Assembly: GCF_001644705.1 (NCBI RefSeq)
Contig: NZ_CP015137.1
Span: 1 to 32,000, forward strand
Length of the DNA stretch: 32,000 bases
Source: Dickeya solani IPO 2222
GTDB lineage: Bacteria; Pseudomonadota; Gammaproteobacteria; Enterobacterales; Enterobacteriaceae
Direction of reading: 5' to 3'
The position numbers and the translations under genes were made by a program. Within the stretch, counting starts at the first letter, position 1, and each line of letters starts with the position of its first letter. The notes below the pieces were generated by a model. That model ran no database searches and was not told where the DNA came from. It saw only the letters and a list, made by a program, of their open reading frames with translations. Below are positions 6,991-16,081 of the stretch, piece after piece.

Positions 6991-8160
6991 ATGAGTGATT
7001 TTCATCACGGTACGCAGGTCGTCGAAATCAACGACGGTACCCGCGTCATTTCAACTGTATCAACCGCGATCGTCGGTATGGTCTGTACCGGATCGGACGC
7101 TGACGCCACCACTTTTCCACTGAATACACCGGTACTGATTACCGATGTGCTGACCGCCGCAGGCAAAGCCGGTAAAACCGGTACCCTGGCTGCCGCGTTG
7201 CAGGCCATCGGCGATCAGACCAAACCGGTGACGGTAGTCGTTCGCGTCGCCGAAGGCGCCAACGAGGCTGAAACGGTGTCCAACATCATCGGCGGCGCCG
7301 ATGCCAACGGCAAATACACCGGTATGAAAGCCCTGCTGGACGCCCAGGCCGTCACTGGCGTGAAGCCGCGTATCCTCGGCGTTCCGGGGCTGGATTCCCA
7401 GCCTGTCGCCACCGCGCTGGCCGCCATCTGTCAGTCGCTGCGCGCCTTCGGTTACGTCAGCGCCTATGGCTGTAAGACCCTGTCCGACGCCATCAAATAC
7501 CGCGGCAACTTCAGCCAGCGCGAACTGATGGTGATCTGGCCGGACTTTATCGCCTGGAACACCGCCACCAACGCCAGCGCCACCGCCTACGCCACCGCGC
7601 GTGCGCTGGGCCTGCGTGCCAAGATCGACCAGGAAACCGGCTGGCACAAGACCCTGTCCAACGTCGGCGTCAATGGCGTGACCGGTATCTCCGCCAGCGT
7701 GTACTGGGACCTGCAGACCATCGGCAGCGACGCCGACCTGCTGAACGAAGCCGGCGTGACTACGCTGGTGCGTAAGGACGGTTTCCGCTTCTGGGGTAAC
7801 CGCACCTGTTCCGACGATCCGCTCTTCCTGTTTGAAAACTACACCCGCACCGCGCAAGTGCTGGCCGACACCATGGCTGAAGCGCACATGTGGGCCGTCG
7901 ACAAACCGGTTACCGCCACCCTGATCCGCGACATCATCGAGGGTATCAAAGCCAAGTTCCGCGAGCTGAAATCCAACGGCTACATCATTGACGCCGACTG
8001 CTGGTTCGATGAAAGCGCCAACGATAAGGAAACGCTGAAGGCCGGCAAGCTGTACATCGACTACGAGTACACCCCGGTGCCGCCACTGGAAAACCTCACG
8101 CTGCGTCAGCGTATCACCGACAAGTATCTGGTGAACCTGGCCGCATCCGTTAACAGCTAA
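6991..8160 (+). CDS. FI: Contractile tail sheath protein (P2 gpFI)
   Basis: MSDFHHGTQVVEINDGTRVISTVSTAIVGMVCT... is nearly collinear with P2 FI through ...LTLRQRITDKYLVNL. The ORF-track start at 6901 is an upstream extension. Confidence 0.95.
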   Translation: MSDFHHGTQVVEINDGTRVISTVSTAIVGMVCTGSDADATTFPLNTPVLITDVLTAAGKAGKTGTLAAALQAIGDQTKPVTVVVRVAEGANEAETVSNIIGGADANGKYTGMKALLDAQAVTGVKPRILGVPGLDSQPVATALAAICQSLRAFGYVSAYGCKTLSDAIKYRGNFSQRELMVIWPDFIAWNTATNASATAYATARALGLRAKIDQETGWHKTLSNVGVNGVTGISASVYWDLQTIGSDADLLNEAGVTTLVRKDGFRFWGNRTCSDDPLFLFENYTRTAQVLADTMAEAHMWAVDKPVTATLIRDIIEGIKAKFRELKSNGYIIDADCWFDESANDKETLKAGKLYIDYEYTPVPPLENLTLRQRITDKYLVNLAASVNS

Positions 8161-8174
8161 GGAGCGACAGACTC

Positions 8175-8693
8175 ATGGCACTGCCACGTAAACTTAAATA
8201 TCTCAACCTGTTCAACGACGGTATGAGCTACATGGGCCAGGTGCATTCCGTCACCCTGCCGAAACTGACCCGCAAACTGGAAAACTACCGCGGCGGCGGC
8301 ATGCAAGGCTCCGCACCGGTGGATTTCGGGCTGGACAACGACGCGCTGGTGATGGAATGGAACATGGGCGGCCTGCCGGACAGCGCCTTCTGGAGCCAGT
8401 ACGCGCTGCCGGGCGCCGATGCGGTTCCGCTGCGTTTCGCCGGCTCTTACCAGCGTGACGATACCGGCGACATCACCGCCGTCGAAATCGTACTGCGCGG
8501 CCGCCACAAGTCGATTGACAGCGGCGAATCCAAGCAGGGTGAAGAAACCGACGTGCGCGTCTCCACCCAGTGCACTTACTACAAACTGATCATCGATGGC
8601 GTCGACATGATCGAAATCGACACCATCAACATGATCGAGAAAGTGAACGGCGTTGACCGTCTGGAACAACACCGCCGCAATATCGGTCTGTAA
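8175..8693 (+). CDS. FII: Tail tube protein (P2 gpFII)
   Basis: MALPRKLKYLNLF...TLPKLTRKLENYRGGGM...IDTINMIEKVNGVDRLEQHRRNIGL matches P2 FII. Confidence 0.95.
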   Translation: MALPRKLKYLNLFNDGMSYMGQVHSVTLPKLTRKLENYRGGGMQGSAPVDFGLDNDALVMEWNMGGLPDSAFWSQYALPGADAVPLRFAGSYQRDDTGDITAVEIVLRGRHKSIDSGESKQGEETDVRVSTQCTYYKLIIDGVDMIEIDTINMIEKVNGVDRLEQHRRNIGL

Positions 8694-8703
8694 CGACCGC
8701 TTC

Positions 8704-8732
8704 ATGGCCAGCTACGGCTGGCCATTCTTATT
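8704..8732 (+). terminator. Intra-operon hairpin (possible attenuator) between the tube gene and gpE
   Basis: 9-bp GC-rich stem atggccagc / gctggccat with loop tacg, followed by TCTTATT. Confidence 0.5.
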
Positions 8733-8753
8733 GATAGCACTGGAGTTTTTATC

Positions 8754-9044
8754 ATGACGGTTGAAACAACTGCACAAAACGACGTCATCATCCTGAACGC
8801 CCCGATCAAACGCGGCGAAACCCAGATTGACGCCATCACGCTGCTAACGCCAACCGCAGGCACGCTGCGCGGCATCGGTCTGGCGGCACTGGCGAGCGCC
8901 GATGTGGAAGCGCTGATTAAATTGCTGCCGCGTATCACTTACCCTGCCCTGACCGAAGCGGACGTCATGGGGCTGGAACTGCCAGACCTGCTTGAATTCG
9001 CCGGCAAGGTGATCGGTTTTTTATCGCCGGGCTCGGTACGCTGA
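8754..9044 (+). CDS. E: Tail assembly chaperone gpE
   Basis: NAPIKRGETQIDAITLLTPTAGTLRGIGLAALA...LELPDLLEFAGKVIGFLSP resembles P2 gpE. A GGAG RBS precedes the start. Confidence 0.85.
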   Translation: MTVETTAQNDVIILNAPIKRGETQIDAITLLTPTAGTLRGIGLAALASADVEALIKLLPRITYPALTEADVMGLELPDLLEFAGKVIGFLSPGSVR

Positions 9045-9196
9045 CGCTGCCGCCGAGCCTCACGGTTGACGACCTGATGGCGGATATCGCCGTGGTGTTC
9101 CACTGGCCGCCATCCACACTTTTCCCCATGAGCCTGGCAGAGTTGATTAACTGGCGTGCCAAGGCGCTACAACGAAGTGGACAAGACTATGCCTAA
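8754..9196 (+). CDS. E': gpE+E' frameshift-extended tail chaperone (-1 shift at 9017-9023)
   Basis: The -1 frame after the slip reads FFIAGLGTLTLPPSLTVDDLMADIAVVFHWPPSTLFPMSLAELINWRAKALQRSGQDYA*. The FHWP...SLxELxxW pattern is typical of the P2 E' extension. Its stop overlaps the next gene's start. Confidence 0.75.
9017..9023 (+). other. Programmed -1 frameshift slippery heptamer T_TTT_TTA
   Basis: An X_XXY_YYZ heptamer in the gpE frame (ggT TTT TTA) lies 7 codons before the E stop. The -1 frame stays open to 9196. Confidence 0.75.
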
Positions 9197-10283
9197 GCAA
9201 TCAACCACCCCGAATGACGGGTCGACGACAACAGGCGCCAGTGGACGAAGCAAAAGCGCCGGGGATAGCAGCATCTTCTCGCCGCTGGGGGATAATGTTT
9301 ATCTGAATAAAATCAGCAGCGTACTACAGGATTTTTTAAACAAAGCCGGTCAAATCACGCACAGTGGCGCGTTCAACGCCACCGGCTCGCCGAAAAAAAA
9401 CGCGACGGGCGGAAAAAAAGGCGGCAGACATTCTGCCGCGGCGCAGCTGGGAACACTGGGGAATCTCGCCAGACGATTCGACGCGCTGACCGCTATCCTG
9501 ACACCGGCCTCTTCCGCCCTGAAAACCGCGCATGACCGTTCGCCGGCGGACAATGCGGCGCTCTCCCGTAACGGCCAGTCCTCCGACGCCGGCGCAGCGC
9601 CATCGCTCATCGCTCAGGCAAGCGACGGCGTCAACAGCATCTATTTGTCCGCGACGGCGGCCATGCAGGCGCAACAGCGCATCGCCGGGCTGGTTCCTTC
9701 AGCGCGATGGGCTTCCGGCATTACCGCGCCGTCGCTGCCGGGCAACGTGGCGTCATTACTGCAAGCGCAGCAGAGCATCAATCTGCCCGCGAATCTCCTG
9801 CCACAGGTTGGCGCTGGCGCGACGTCGCAAACCGGTGCCGAAGGGCTGGACACGCTCGCCGGAACCGCACAGGAATCGTTCGTCGGCGTGGAAGAAACCA
9901 GCCTGATGCTGTCCGCATTAAGCAATGCGGACCTGGATGACGGCGACGGCGGCAACGGTGCAACCGGAGGGATTGACACGCTGCAAGCCATTTCAAGCCC
10001 GGCCCTGCAACTGCTGAGTCAATCCGCCCTGGCCGTTCAAAGCAGCGCAGAAACCCCGTCAAACCCGTTGTCTGACATGATGAACGGTCATTACCGCGCC
10101 CTCTCCCCGGCATCACAGCAAAGTTATGTTGACCAGCGCGTGGTGAATAACATCACCATCAACGTGCCGGAGAACAGCAACCTCGACACGATTAAACAAT
10201 ACATTGAAGAGGCCCTGAGAAAATACACCCCGAATAGCAGCGCGTACTCCTATAACTCCATGACCTCTAATCTCATTTCATGA
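9189..10283 (+). CDS. Protein in the tape-measure (gpT) position; unusually short (364 aa) and low-complexity
   Basis: Assigned by position only, between E' and U. The ATG at 9189 overlaps the E' stop. The protein is rich in Ala, Ser, Gly and Gln, and I saw no recognisable P2 gpT N-terminal similarity. Confidence 0.5.
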   Translation: MPKQSTTPNDGSTTTGASGRSKSAGDSSIFSPLGDNVYLNKISSVLQDFLNKAGQITHSGAFNATGSPKKNATGGKKGGRHSAAAQLGTLGNLARRFDALTAILTPASSALKTAHDRSPADNAALSRNGQSSDAGAAPSLIAQASDGVNSIYLSATAAMQAQQRIAGLVPSARWASGITAPSLPGNVASLLQAQQSINLPANLLPQVGAGATSQTGAEGLDTLAGTAQESFVGVEETSLMLSALSNADLDDGDGGNGATGGIDTLQAISSPALQLLSQSALAVQSSAETPSNPLSDMMNGHYRALSPASQQSYVDQRVVNNITINVPENSNLDTIKQYIEEALRKYTPNSSAYSYNSMTSNLIS

Positions 10284-10294
10284 GGATACCTATT

Positions 10295-10789
10295 ATGATG
10301 CTTGCGCTTGGTTTATTTGTATTTCAATTGCAAACGCTGCCCTACAGTACGCTCAGTCGTAATGTCAATTACCGCTGGGCCAACAACGGCCGTATTGGTC
10401 TGCGCCCGGCACAGCAGTTTTTAGGACAGGGAAATGAATCCATCAGCCTTAATGGCGTGCTATGTCCTGAAGTCAACGGCAAGTTCAGTAAGCTCTCGCT
10501 GTCGGCGCTGGAACTTATGGCGGGAATGGGGCGCGCCTGGCCGCTGATCGAAGGCAGCGGCACCATTTACGGCATGTACATTATTGAAAGTTTGCAACAC
10601 ACCAACACCGAGTTCTTTTCCGACGGCAGCGCCAAACGCATTGAGTTCTCGGTGAACCTGACGCGCGTTGACGAATCGCTGATTGCGATGTTCGGCGACC
10701 TCAGCCAGCAGGCGTCCGATCTGTACAACCAGCAGATCGCGCCGGCAATCTCATCCGCCAGAACCGCCATCGGGGGAGTGTTCTCGTGA
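10295..10789 (+). CDS. U: Tail protein gpU
   Basis: MMLALGLFVFQLQTLPYSTLSRNVNYRWANNGRIG...RAWPLIEGSGTIYGMYII...LTRVDESL is collinear with P2 gpU. Confidence 0.9.
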   Translation: MMLALGLFVFQLQTLPYSTLSRNVNYRWANNGRIGLRPAQQFLGQGNESISLNGVLCPEVNGKFSKLSLSALELMAGMGRAWPLIEGSGTIYGMYIIESLQHTNTEFFSDGSAKRIEFSVNLTRVDESLIAMFGDLSQQASDLYNQQIAPAISSARTAIGGVFS

Positions 10790-11964
10790 TAGTGAATAAC
10801 CGCATCGGCATTGCCGATCAACTCGCGCCGGATTATCAAATAACGCTGTCGGAGGCGTCAGGCGACGCCAAAACCACCCGCAACCTCAGCCAACGGCTTA
10901 TTTCACTGTCGCTGCACGATGTGCTGGGCTTCGAATCCGACCAGTTATCGCTGGATATCGACGACAGCGACGGCAAGGTGCTGATGCCCAAACGCGGTGA
11001 GAAAATTAACATCAGGATCGGCTGGAAAGGCAAGGCGCTGGTCGACAAAGGCACCTTTATCGTCGACCAGGTCAGCCACAGCGGCGCGCCGGACAGAATC
11101 ACCCTCAGCGCACGCAGCGTGAACTTTCGCGGCGATTTAAACACGCCGCGTGATGGCTCATACGATGTCACCACCCTGGGCGATATCGCCCGGACGATTG
11201 CGGAACGCTACAGTCTGCTGGCATCGATCGAGAACTCACTGGCCAACACCGCGATTACGCATGAAAACCAGTCTAAAGAATCCGACTTGTCGTTTCTTTG
11301 CCGTCTGGCCAGACGATACAGCGGTACGGTGGCGATCAAAAACGACACGCTGCGGCTTTTCGTCGCCGGCACCGGCACCGCCGCGGACGGCAAAAATGTC
11401 TCGACCTACCTGATCGAACGCAGCGACGGCGATTCACACAGTTTTACCATTGCCGACCGCATCGCCAATACGTCCGTCACCGCCAACTGGCATGACAGCA
11501 GCGATGCGAAAACACACACCGTGAAGATCAGCCGCAAGCGTCAAAGCCAACCAGACACGGTAGCAACACACCCCAACGCCAAATCGTCCGCCTCGTCCTC
11601 CGTACCGTCGACGGACAACTATCTTGCCGGGGAAGAAGAAAGCGAGCAAACGCTACAAACCACCTATTCCAGCCAGGACGACGCAACCCAGGCGGCGTTG
11701 AGCAAATGGCGTGAAACCCAGCGCGGCACGGTGACGTTCTCACTCACGCTGGCAAAAGGCATGGAAAATCTGAAGCCCGGCGCGCTGGTCCGGCTTAACG
11801 GCTTCAAACAGGTGATGGATGAGCGCCAGTGGACCATCAAGCGGCTGACCCACACCATTGCGGGCAGTGGTTTTATCACCGCTATCGAACTGGAAGTATC
11901 GATGCTGGATGTCGAGTACGACACCCGTTACAGCGTTATCGACAGCGCAATCGCCACTTCATAA
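10786..11964 (+). CDS. D: Late control / tail protein gpD
   Basis: PDYQITL...RLISLSLHDVLGFESDQLSLDIDDSDG is a gpD-family N-terminus. The GTG start overlaps the U stop (GTGA). Confidence 0.88.
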   Translation: MIVNNRIGIADQLAPDYQITLSEASGDAKTTRNLSQRLISLSLHDVLGFESDQLSLDIDDSDGKVLMPKRGEKINIRIGWKGKALVDKGTFIVDQVSHSGAPDRITLSARSVNFRGDLNTPRDGSYDVTTLGDIARTIAERYSLLASIENSLANTAITHENQSKESDLSFLCRLARRYSGTVAIKNDTLRLFVAGTGTAADGKNVSTYLIERSDGDSHSFTIADRIANTSVTANWHDSSDAKTHTVKISRKRQSQPDTVATHPNAKSSASSSVPSTDNYLAGEEESEQTLQTTYSSQDDATQAALSKWRETQRGTVTFSLTLAKGMENLKPGALVRLNGFKQVMDERQWTIKRLTHTIAGSGFITAIELEVSMLDVEYDTRYSVIDSAIATS

Positions 11965-12060
11965 CTCACTTTTCGAACTTTGAATTTGCAAATTCGAATT
12001 CAATGCAGTACCATATGTGTAAGATGTTTCACTAACCCGTACACATAAGGTGATTTCAAA

Positions 12061-12252
12061 ATGATGCATTGTCCTCTGTGCCGTCATGCTGCCCATGCCC
12101 GTTCCAGCCGCTACCTGTCTGAAAACACCAAGGAGCGTTACCACCAGTGCACCAACGTGAACTGCGGTCATACCTTCGTCACCATGGAAGCCATTACCCG
12201 CTCCATCATGGTGCCGGGCAAAACCGAACCGGTTGACGGCGAACGCAAGTAA
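12061..12252 (+). CDS. ogr: Ogr/Delta-family zinc-finger late transcription activator
   Basis: MMHCPLCRHAAHARSSRYLSENTKERYHQCTNVNCGHTF matches P2 Ogr, including the CxxC...CxxxxC zinc motif. An AAGGTGA RBS precedes the start. Confidence 0.92.
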   Translation: MMHCPLCRHAAHARSSRYLSENTKERYHQCTNVNCGHTFVTMEAITRSIMVPGKTEPVDGERK

Positions 12253-12302
12253 TTCGCCATTCCTCTCTCCCTCCGTGTTTCCTTACTTTTCTGACCGTCT
12301 TT

Positions 12303-12327
12303 CCCCGCCGCCCGGCGGGGTTTTTTA
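12303..12327 (+). terminator. Rho-independent terminator after ogr (right end of the phage-derived block)
   Basis: ccccgcc(gccc)ggcgggg followed by TTTTTTATT. Confidence 0.85.
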
Positions 12328-12642
12328 TTCCCCGCGAGCAATACACGAAGCGTGTTTTTATTGCTCTCATACTCCCGTATCGGAAAAACGTATTATTGAC
12401 GCTGACCGCCGTCGGCTTTTAGTATCGACCTGCTTTTGCTGATTTTCAGTCACTTGCCGCGACGATACCTGCCTGACGAGTTGTCAACGCCGCAAGGGAT
12501 GAATCCTGCCGTGACGATGGTGCCCTTCCCCCCTTCACCATCAAAAATCAGACGCTGACACCGCTTTGATTAACACGGGTTCAGGAAAAGCGTAATGGGC
12601 AATGACCCCCTGTTTTCCTGTTCCTCAGCAGGGAGAACACCG

Positions 12643-13953
12643 ATGATGGAAACCATCCAGGCTTACCGCGCCAGTCTGTTGCACTTTGTCGCCGACCCGC
12701 TGCATGACCCGCAGGCCACTCGCTTTATCGAAGACGGCCTGTTGCGGGTGCGCGATGGGCGTATTCAGGATGCCGTGCCGTATGACAGCCTCACTGAGGC
12801 CGAACGCCAGTCCATGACGGTGATCGACTATCGCGGCCGGCTGCTGATGCCGGGGTTTATCGACACCCATATCCATTTTCCGCAGACGGAAATGATCGCC
12901 AGTTACGGCGAGCAGTTGCTGTCCTGGCTCAATACTTACACCTTTCCCACCGAGCGTAAGTTCGCCGACGAGGATTACGCCCGGGAGCGGGCCGCGTTTT
13001 TCATTCAGGAACTGCTGCGGCACGGCACCACCAGCGCACTGGTGTTCGCCACCGTGCACCCGCAGTCGGTTGACGCGCTGTTCAGCGCCGCCGAAGCCAA
13101 AAACATGTGCCTCATCGCCGGCAAAGTGATGATGGACCGCCATGCGCCGGACTATCTGTGCGACACCGCGCAGCAAAGCTATGACGAGAGTAAAGCGCTG
13201 ATTGAAAAATGGCACCGGCGCGGGCGGTTGCGCTACGCGGTCACGCCGCGTTTTGCGCCCACCTCCACCCCGGCGCAGCTGGCGCTGGCGGGGCGACTGT
13301 TGCGGGAATACCCGGATGTGTATCTGCATACCCATCTGAGTGAAAACCCGGACGAAATCGCCTGGGTCAAATCGCTGTTTCCCGAACATCAACATTACCT
13401 TGATGTTTACCACCACCACGGTCTGACCGGACGCCGTTCGGTGTTTGCCCATGCCATCCATCTGCAGCCTGATGAAGTCCGCACGCTGGCGCAAAGCCAG
13501 TCCGCCGTGGCGTTTTGCCCCTGCTCCAATCTGTTTCTGGGCAGCGGCCTGTTTCGGCTGCATCCGCTAAAGGCCGCGGGGATTCGCATCGGAATCGGCA
13601 CCGACGTCGGCGCCGGCACCAGCCTGTCGCTGCTGCAAACCCTCAGCGACGGCTACAAAGTGCAGCAGTTGCAAGGAGAAAAACTCTCGGCACGCGAAGG
13701 GTTGTATCAGGCCACGCTGGGCAGCGCCGCCGCACTGTCGCTGGATGACCGGCTGGGTAACTTTCTGCCGGGCAAAGAAGCCGATTTCGTGGTGCTGGAC
13801 TGGGCCGCCACCCCACTGCAACAGTTGCGCCAGCAACAATCCACCTCGCTGGACGATCGGCTGTTCGCTCTGATGATGCAAGGTGACGACCGAAACATCA
13901 GCGCCACTTATGTGCATGGCGAATGCGTCTATACTCGTCATACGTCAAGTTGA
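12643..13953 (+). CDS. guaD: Guanine deaminase
   Basis: Collinear with E. coli GuaD (PGFIDTHIHFPQTEMIASYGEQLLSWLN, HTHLSENPDEIAWV, GTDVGAGTS). Start chosen at the ATG 8 nt after AGGGAG. Confidence 0.9.
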   Translation: MMETIQAYRASLLHFVADPLHDPQATRFIEDGLLRVRDGRIQDAVPYDSLTEAERQSMTVIDYRGRLLMPGFIDTHIHFPQTEMIASYGEQLLSWLNTYTFPTERKFADEDYARERAAFFIQELLRHGTTSALVFATVHPQSVDALFSAAEAKNMCLIAGKVMMDRHAPDYLCDTAQQSYDESKALIEKWHRRGRLRYAVTPRFAPTSTPAQLALAGRLLREYPDVYLHTHLSENPDEIAWVKSLFPEHQHYLDVYHHHGLTGRRSVFAHAIHLQPDEVRTLAQSQSAVAFCPCSNLFLGSGLFRLHPLKAAGIRIGIGTDVGAGTSLSLLQTLSDGYKVQQLQGEKLSAREGLYQATLGSAAALSLDDRLGNFLPGKEADFVVLDWAATPLQQLRQQQSTSLDDRLFALMMQGDDRNISATYVHGECVYTRHTSS

Positions 13954-14269
13954 CGATGCGGTGGCTTTATTTTTCTCGTCTATCGCCGCGAACAGCCGAC
14001 GATGATTCCGCCACAGCCCCTACGCCGCTGCGGCGGAATGGTACTCAGATCAGGCATGGCGGAGATAAAACGCACCGGCGTTTTCATCAGAAAGTGATCC
14101 ATTGCACATTTCACCCAAAAAAATCGCGCCGTGCTGTGCCGCTTACCGATAACTGTTCTTGAATAATATCGGACAAGCACTCAGGCCAACGGCGGGATGG
14201 CGACATCAGCTGAGCTCTGCCCCTTGCGGAGCTTGCAGCAATCATCACCAGGCACCATAAGGTTTCGTC

Positions 14270-16081
14270 ATGACTTCCCCATGCCATCGTTGTAGCGAAG
14301 AACAGCAAGACATCCTCGCGCGCATGCTGAATATCTTTGACACGCAGCCCGCCGAAGAGCTCCCTCGTCTGACGCGGATCACCCGCACCTTTTTTCAGGT
14401 AAAGAGCGTGGTGATTTCACTGGTGAACAATGAACGACAATGGTTTTTGTCTAAAGCCAACTTTCCCCTTCAGGAACCGTCCATCGAGTTTTCCTTCTGC
14501 GTGCATACGGTGAGCGCCAACGCGCCGCTGATCATCCCCGATACCCTGCTGGACGAGCGCTTCGCAACAAACCCGATGGTCACCGGCGATGATCCGATTC
14601 GTTTTCACGCCGGTTACCCGCTGCGTTCTTCGCTCGGCACGCCGCTCGGCGCGTTGTGCCTGTATCACGATCAGCCGCGCGCCTTCAGCGATGAAGACAT
14701 GCAGCAACTCAGCGACCTGGCATTTATCGTACAAACCGTGCTGCATAAAGTAGAGATGCAGGCGCGCGAAGCGATCGCCCGGGAAAAGCTGTATCAGTCG
14801 GATTACATCAGTCAGCAGATTTTTTCCCGCGCCGCCATCGGCCTGGCTCTGATAGCCCCAAACAAACGGCCGCTAAAATTCAATCACGCCTTCTGCGACA
14901 TGCTCGGCTACGACGAGGAAACGCTACTGACGCTACCGGTGGACAAAGTGGTGCACCCGGAAGACCTGCCCAGACTGATCAGCGATCACGACCTGCTGAT
15001 GGACAGTAATTTGCTGGAGAGCACCCTGCAGCGGCGCTATATCCGCGCCGACGGCAGCGAATTGTGGGCGCAGGTTTCCATTTCGGTGCTCTACAATCCG
15101 GATGGCGGTAAATTCGGCCTGTTGCTGGCGCTGACCGACCTCAGCGACCAAAAAGCGTCCGAGCAGGCATTGCGCGGCCTGAGTCAGGAACTGGAGCACC
15201 GGGTGGAACAACGCACCGCCGAGCTGCGCCAGAGCCACCAGTTTATTCAGGACATCACCGATCATATTCCGGCGATGATCTCCTGCATCAATCCGAACAA
15301 CGTACTGGTTTTCGCCAACCGCCACCTGCGGAAATTAATAGGCCACGAACATACCCTGTACCAGCGCGATATCCACGAGATTCTTCGCCCACAGGAGCTG
15401 GCGCTGTTCCTGCCGCGTCTGGAGGAGTCACGCCAGAAACGGCACTCCGCGTCGTTTGAACACGTGCTGGATATGCCCGACGGTCAGCTCATCACCTTTC
15501 ATACCGAACTGGTGCCTGCCGACTCGCCGGAGCTGGGCACCTATATTCTTTCTACCGATATCACCCACCTTACGGTATTGCGCGACCAGTTGACGTTCGA
15601 AGCCAATCACGATCATCTGACCGGTCTGCCTAACCGGCGTGCGGTCATCAGCTACCTGAACCGGCTGGCGGGGAAAAAACGGCGCGGCGCGCTGGCGCTG
15701 CTGTTTTTTGATATCAACAACTTCAAACACTATAACGACCGGTTCGGGCACGACTTTGGCGATCGGGTCATCAAAACCTTCGCCCGCTTGCTACGCCAGA
15801 ATACCCGCTCCTACGATTTCATCGGCCGTTTGTCGGGCGACGAATTCCTGATGGTAATTAATGAGCAGCGCAATCTGGCCAGTGAAATCCGCGCCATTAC
15901 CCAAAAACTGAAAGCGAAGATCGAAAAACCGATCACCATTCGCCAGCAGACCATCACGCTATCCGCCAGCGTGGGACGCGCGATTTTGCCTCAGGGCGCG
16001 CCGCTTAACGCCAACGAGCTGATCCGCCAGGCGGACACCGCCATGTACCAGGCCAAACGTCGCGCTATCTCCCCATCCTGA
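14270..16081 (+). CDS. GAF-PAS-PAS-GGDEF diguanylate cyclase (active-site variant SGDEF, I-site RSYD present)
   Basis: N-terminal GAF-like block (ISLVNNERQWFLSK...GALCLYHDQPRAF), then PAS-like segments. The C-terminal GGDEF domain contains HDHLTGLPNRR ... RSYDFIGRLSGDEF. Confidence 0.85.
   Translation: MTSPCHRCSEEQQDILARMLNIFDTQPAEELPRLTRITRTFFQVKSVVISLVNNERQWFLSKANFPLQEPSIEFSFCVHTVSANAPLIIPDTLLDERFATNPMVTGDDPIRFHAGYPLRSSLGTPLGALCLYHDQPRAFSDEDMQQLSDLAFIVQTVLHKVEMQAREAIAREKLYQSDYISQQIFSRAAIGLALIAPNKRPLKFNHAFCDMLGYDEETLLTLPVDKVVHPEDLPRLISDHDLLMDSNLLESTLQRRYIRADGSELWAQVSISVLYNPDGGKFGLLLALTDLSDQKASEQALRGLSQELEHRVEQRTAELRQSHQFIQDITDHIPAMISCINPNNVLVFANRHLRKLIGHEHTLYQRDIHEILRPQELALFLPRLEESRQKRHSASFEHVLDMPDGQLITFHTELVPADSPELGTYILSTDITHLTVLRDQLTFEANHDHLTGLPNRRAVISYLNRLAGKKRRGALALLFFDINNFKHYNDRFGHDFGDRVIKTFARLLRQNTRSYDFIGRLSGDEFLMVINEQRNLASEIRAITQKLKAKIEKPITIRQQTITLSASVGRAILPQGAPLNANELIRQADTAMYQAKRRAISPS

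Noticed and set aside
7060-7887. Long antisense or off-frame ORFs inside GC-rich genes. Examples: 7060-7887 (-), 8157-8705 (-), 12625-13563 (-), 16995-17885 (-), 19358-20095 (-), 28319-29251 (+), 29736-30341 (-) and 31105-31725 (-).
   Set aside because: Each lies entirely within a gene with strong homology on the other strand or frame. Their translations are Arg/Gly/Ala/Pro-rich and low-complexity, which is typical of shadow ORFs in GC-rich DNA.
12382-12397. A PurR box upstream of guaD (ggaaaaacgtattatt).
   Set aside because: Only the central AAACGT core matches. Four or more mismatches to the 16-bp consensus remain, and it lies about 250 bp from the start codon.
14067-14084. The hairpin aaaacgc-accg-gcgtttt as the guaD terminator.
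   Set aside because: The stem is AT-rich and 7 bp long, its 3' arm supplies the only U run, and it lies 115 bp past the stop. This is too weak to call.
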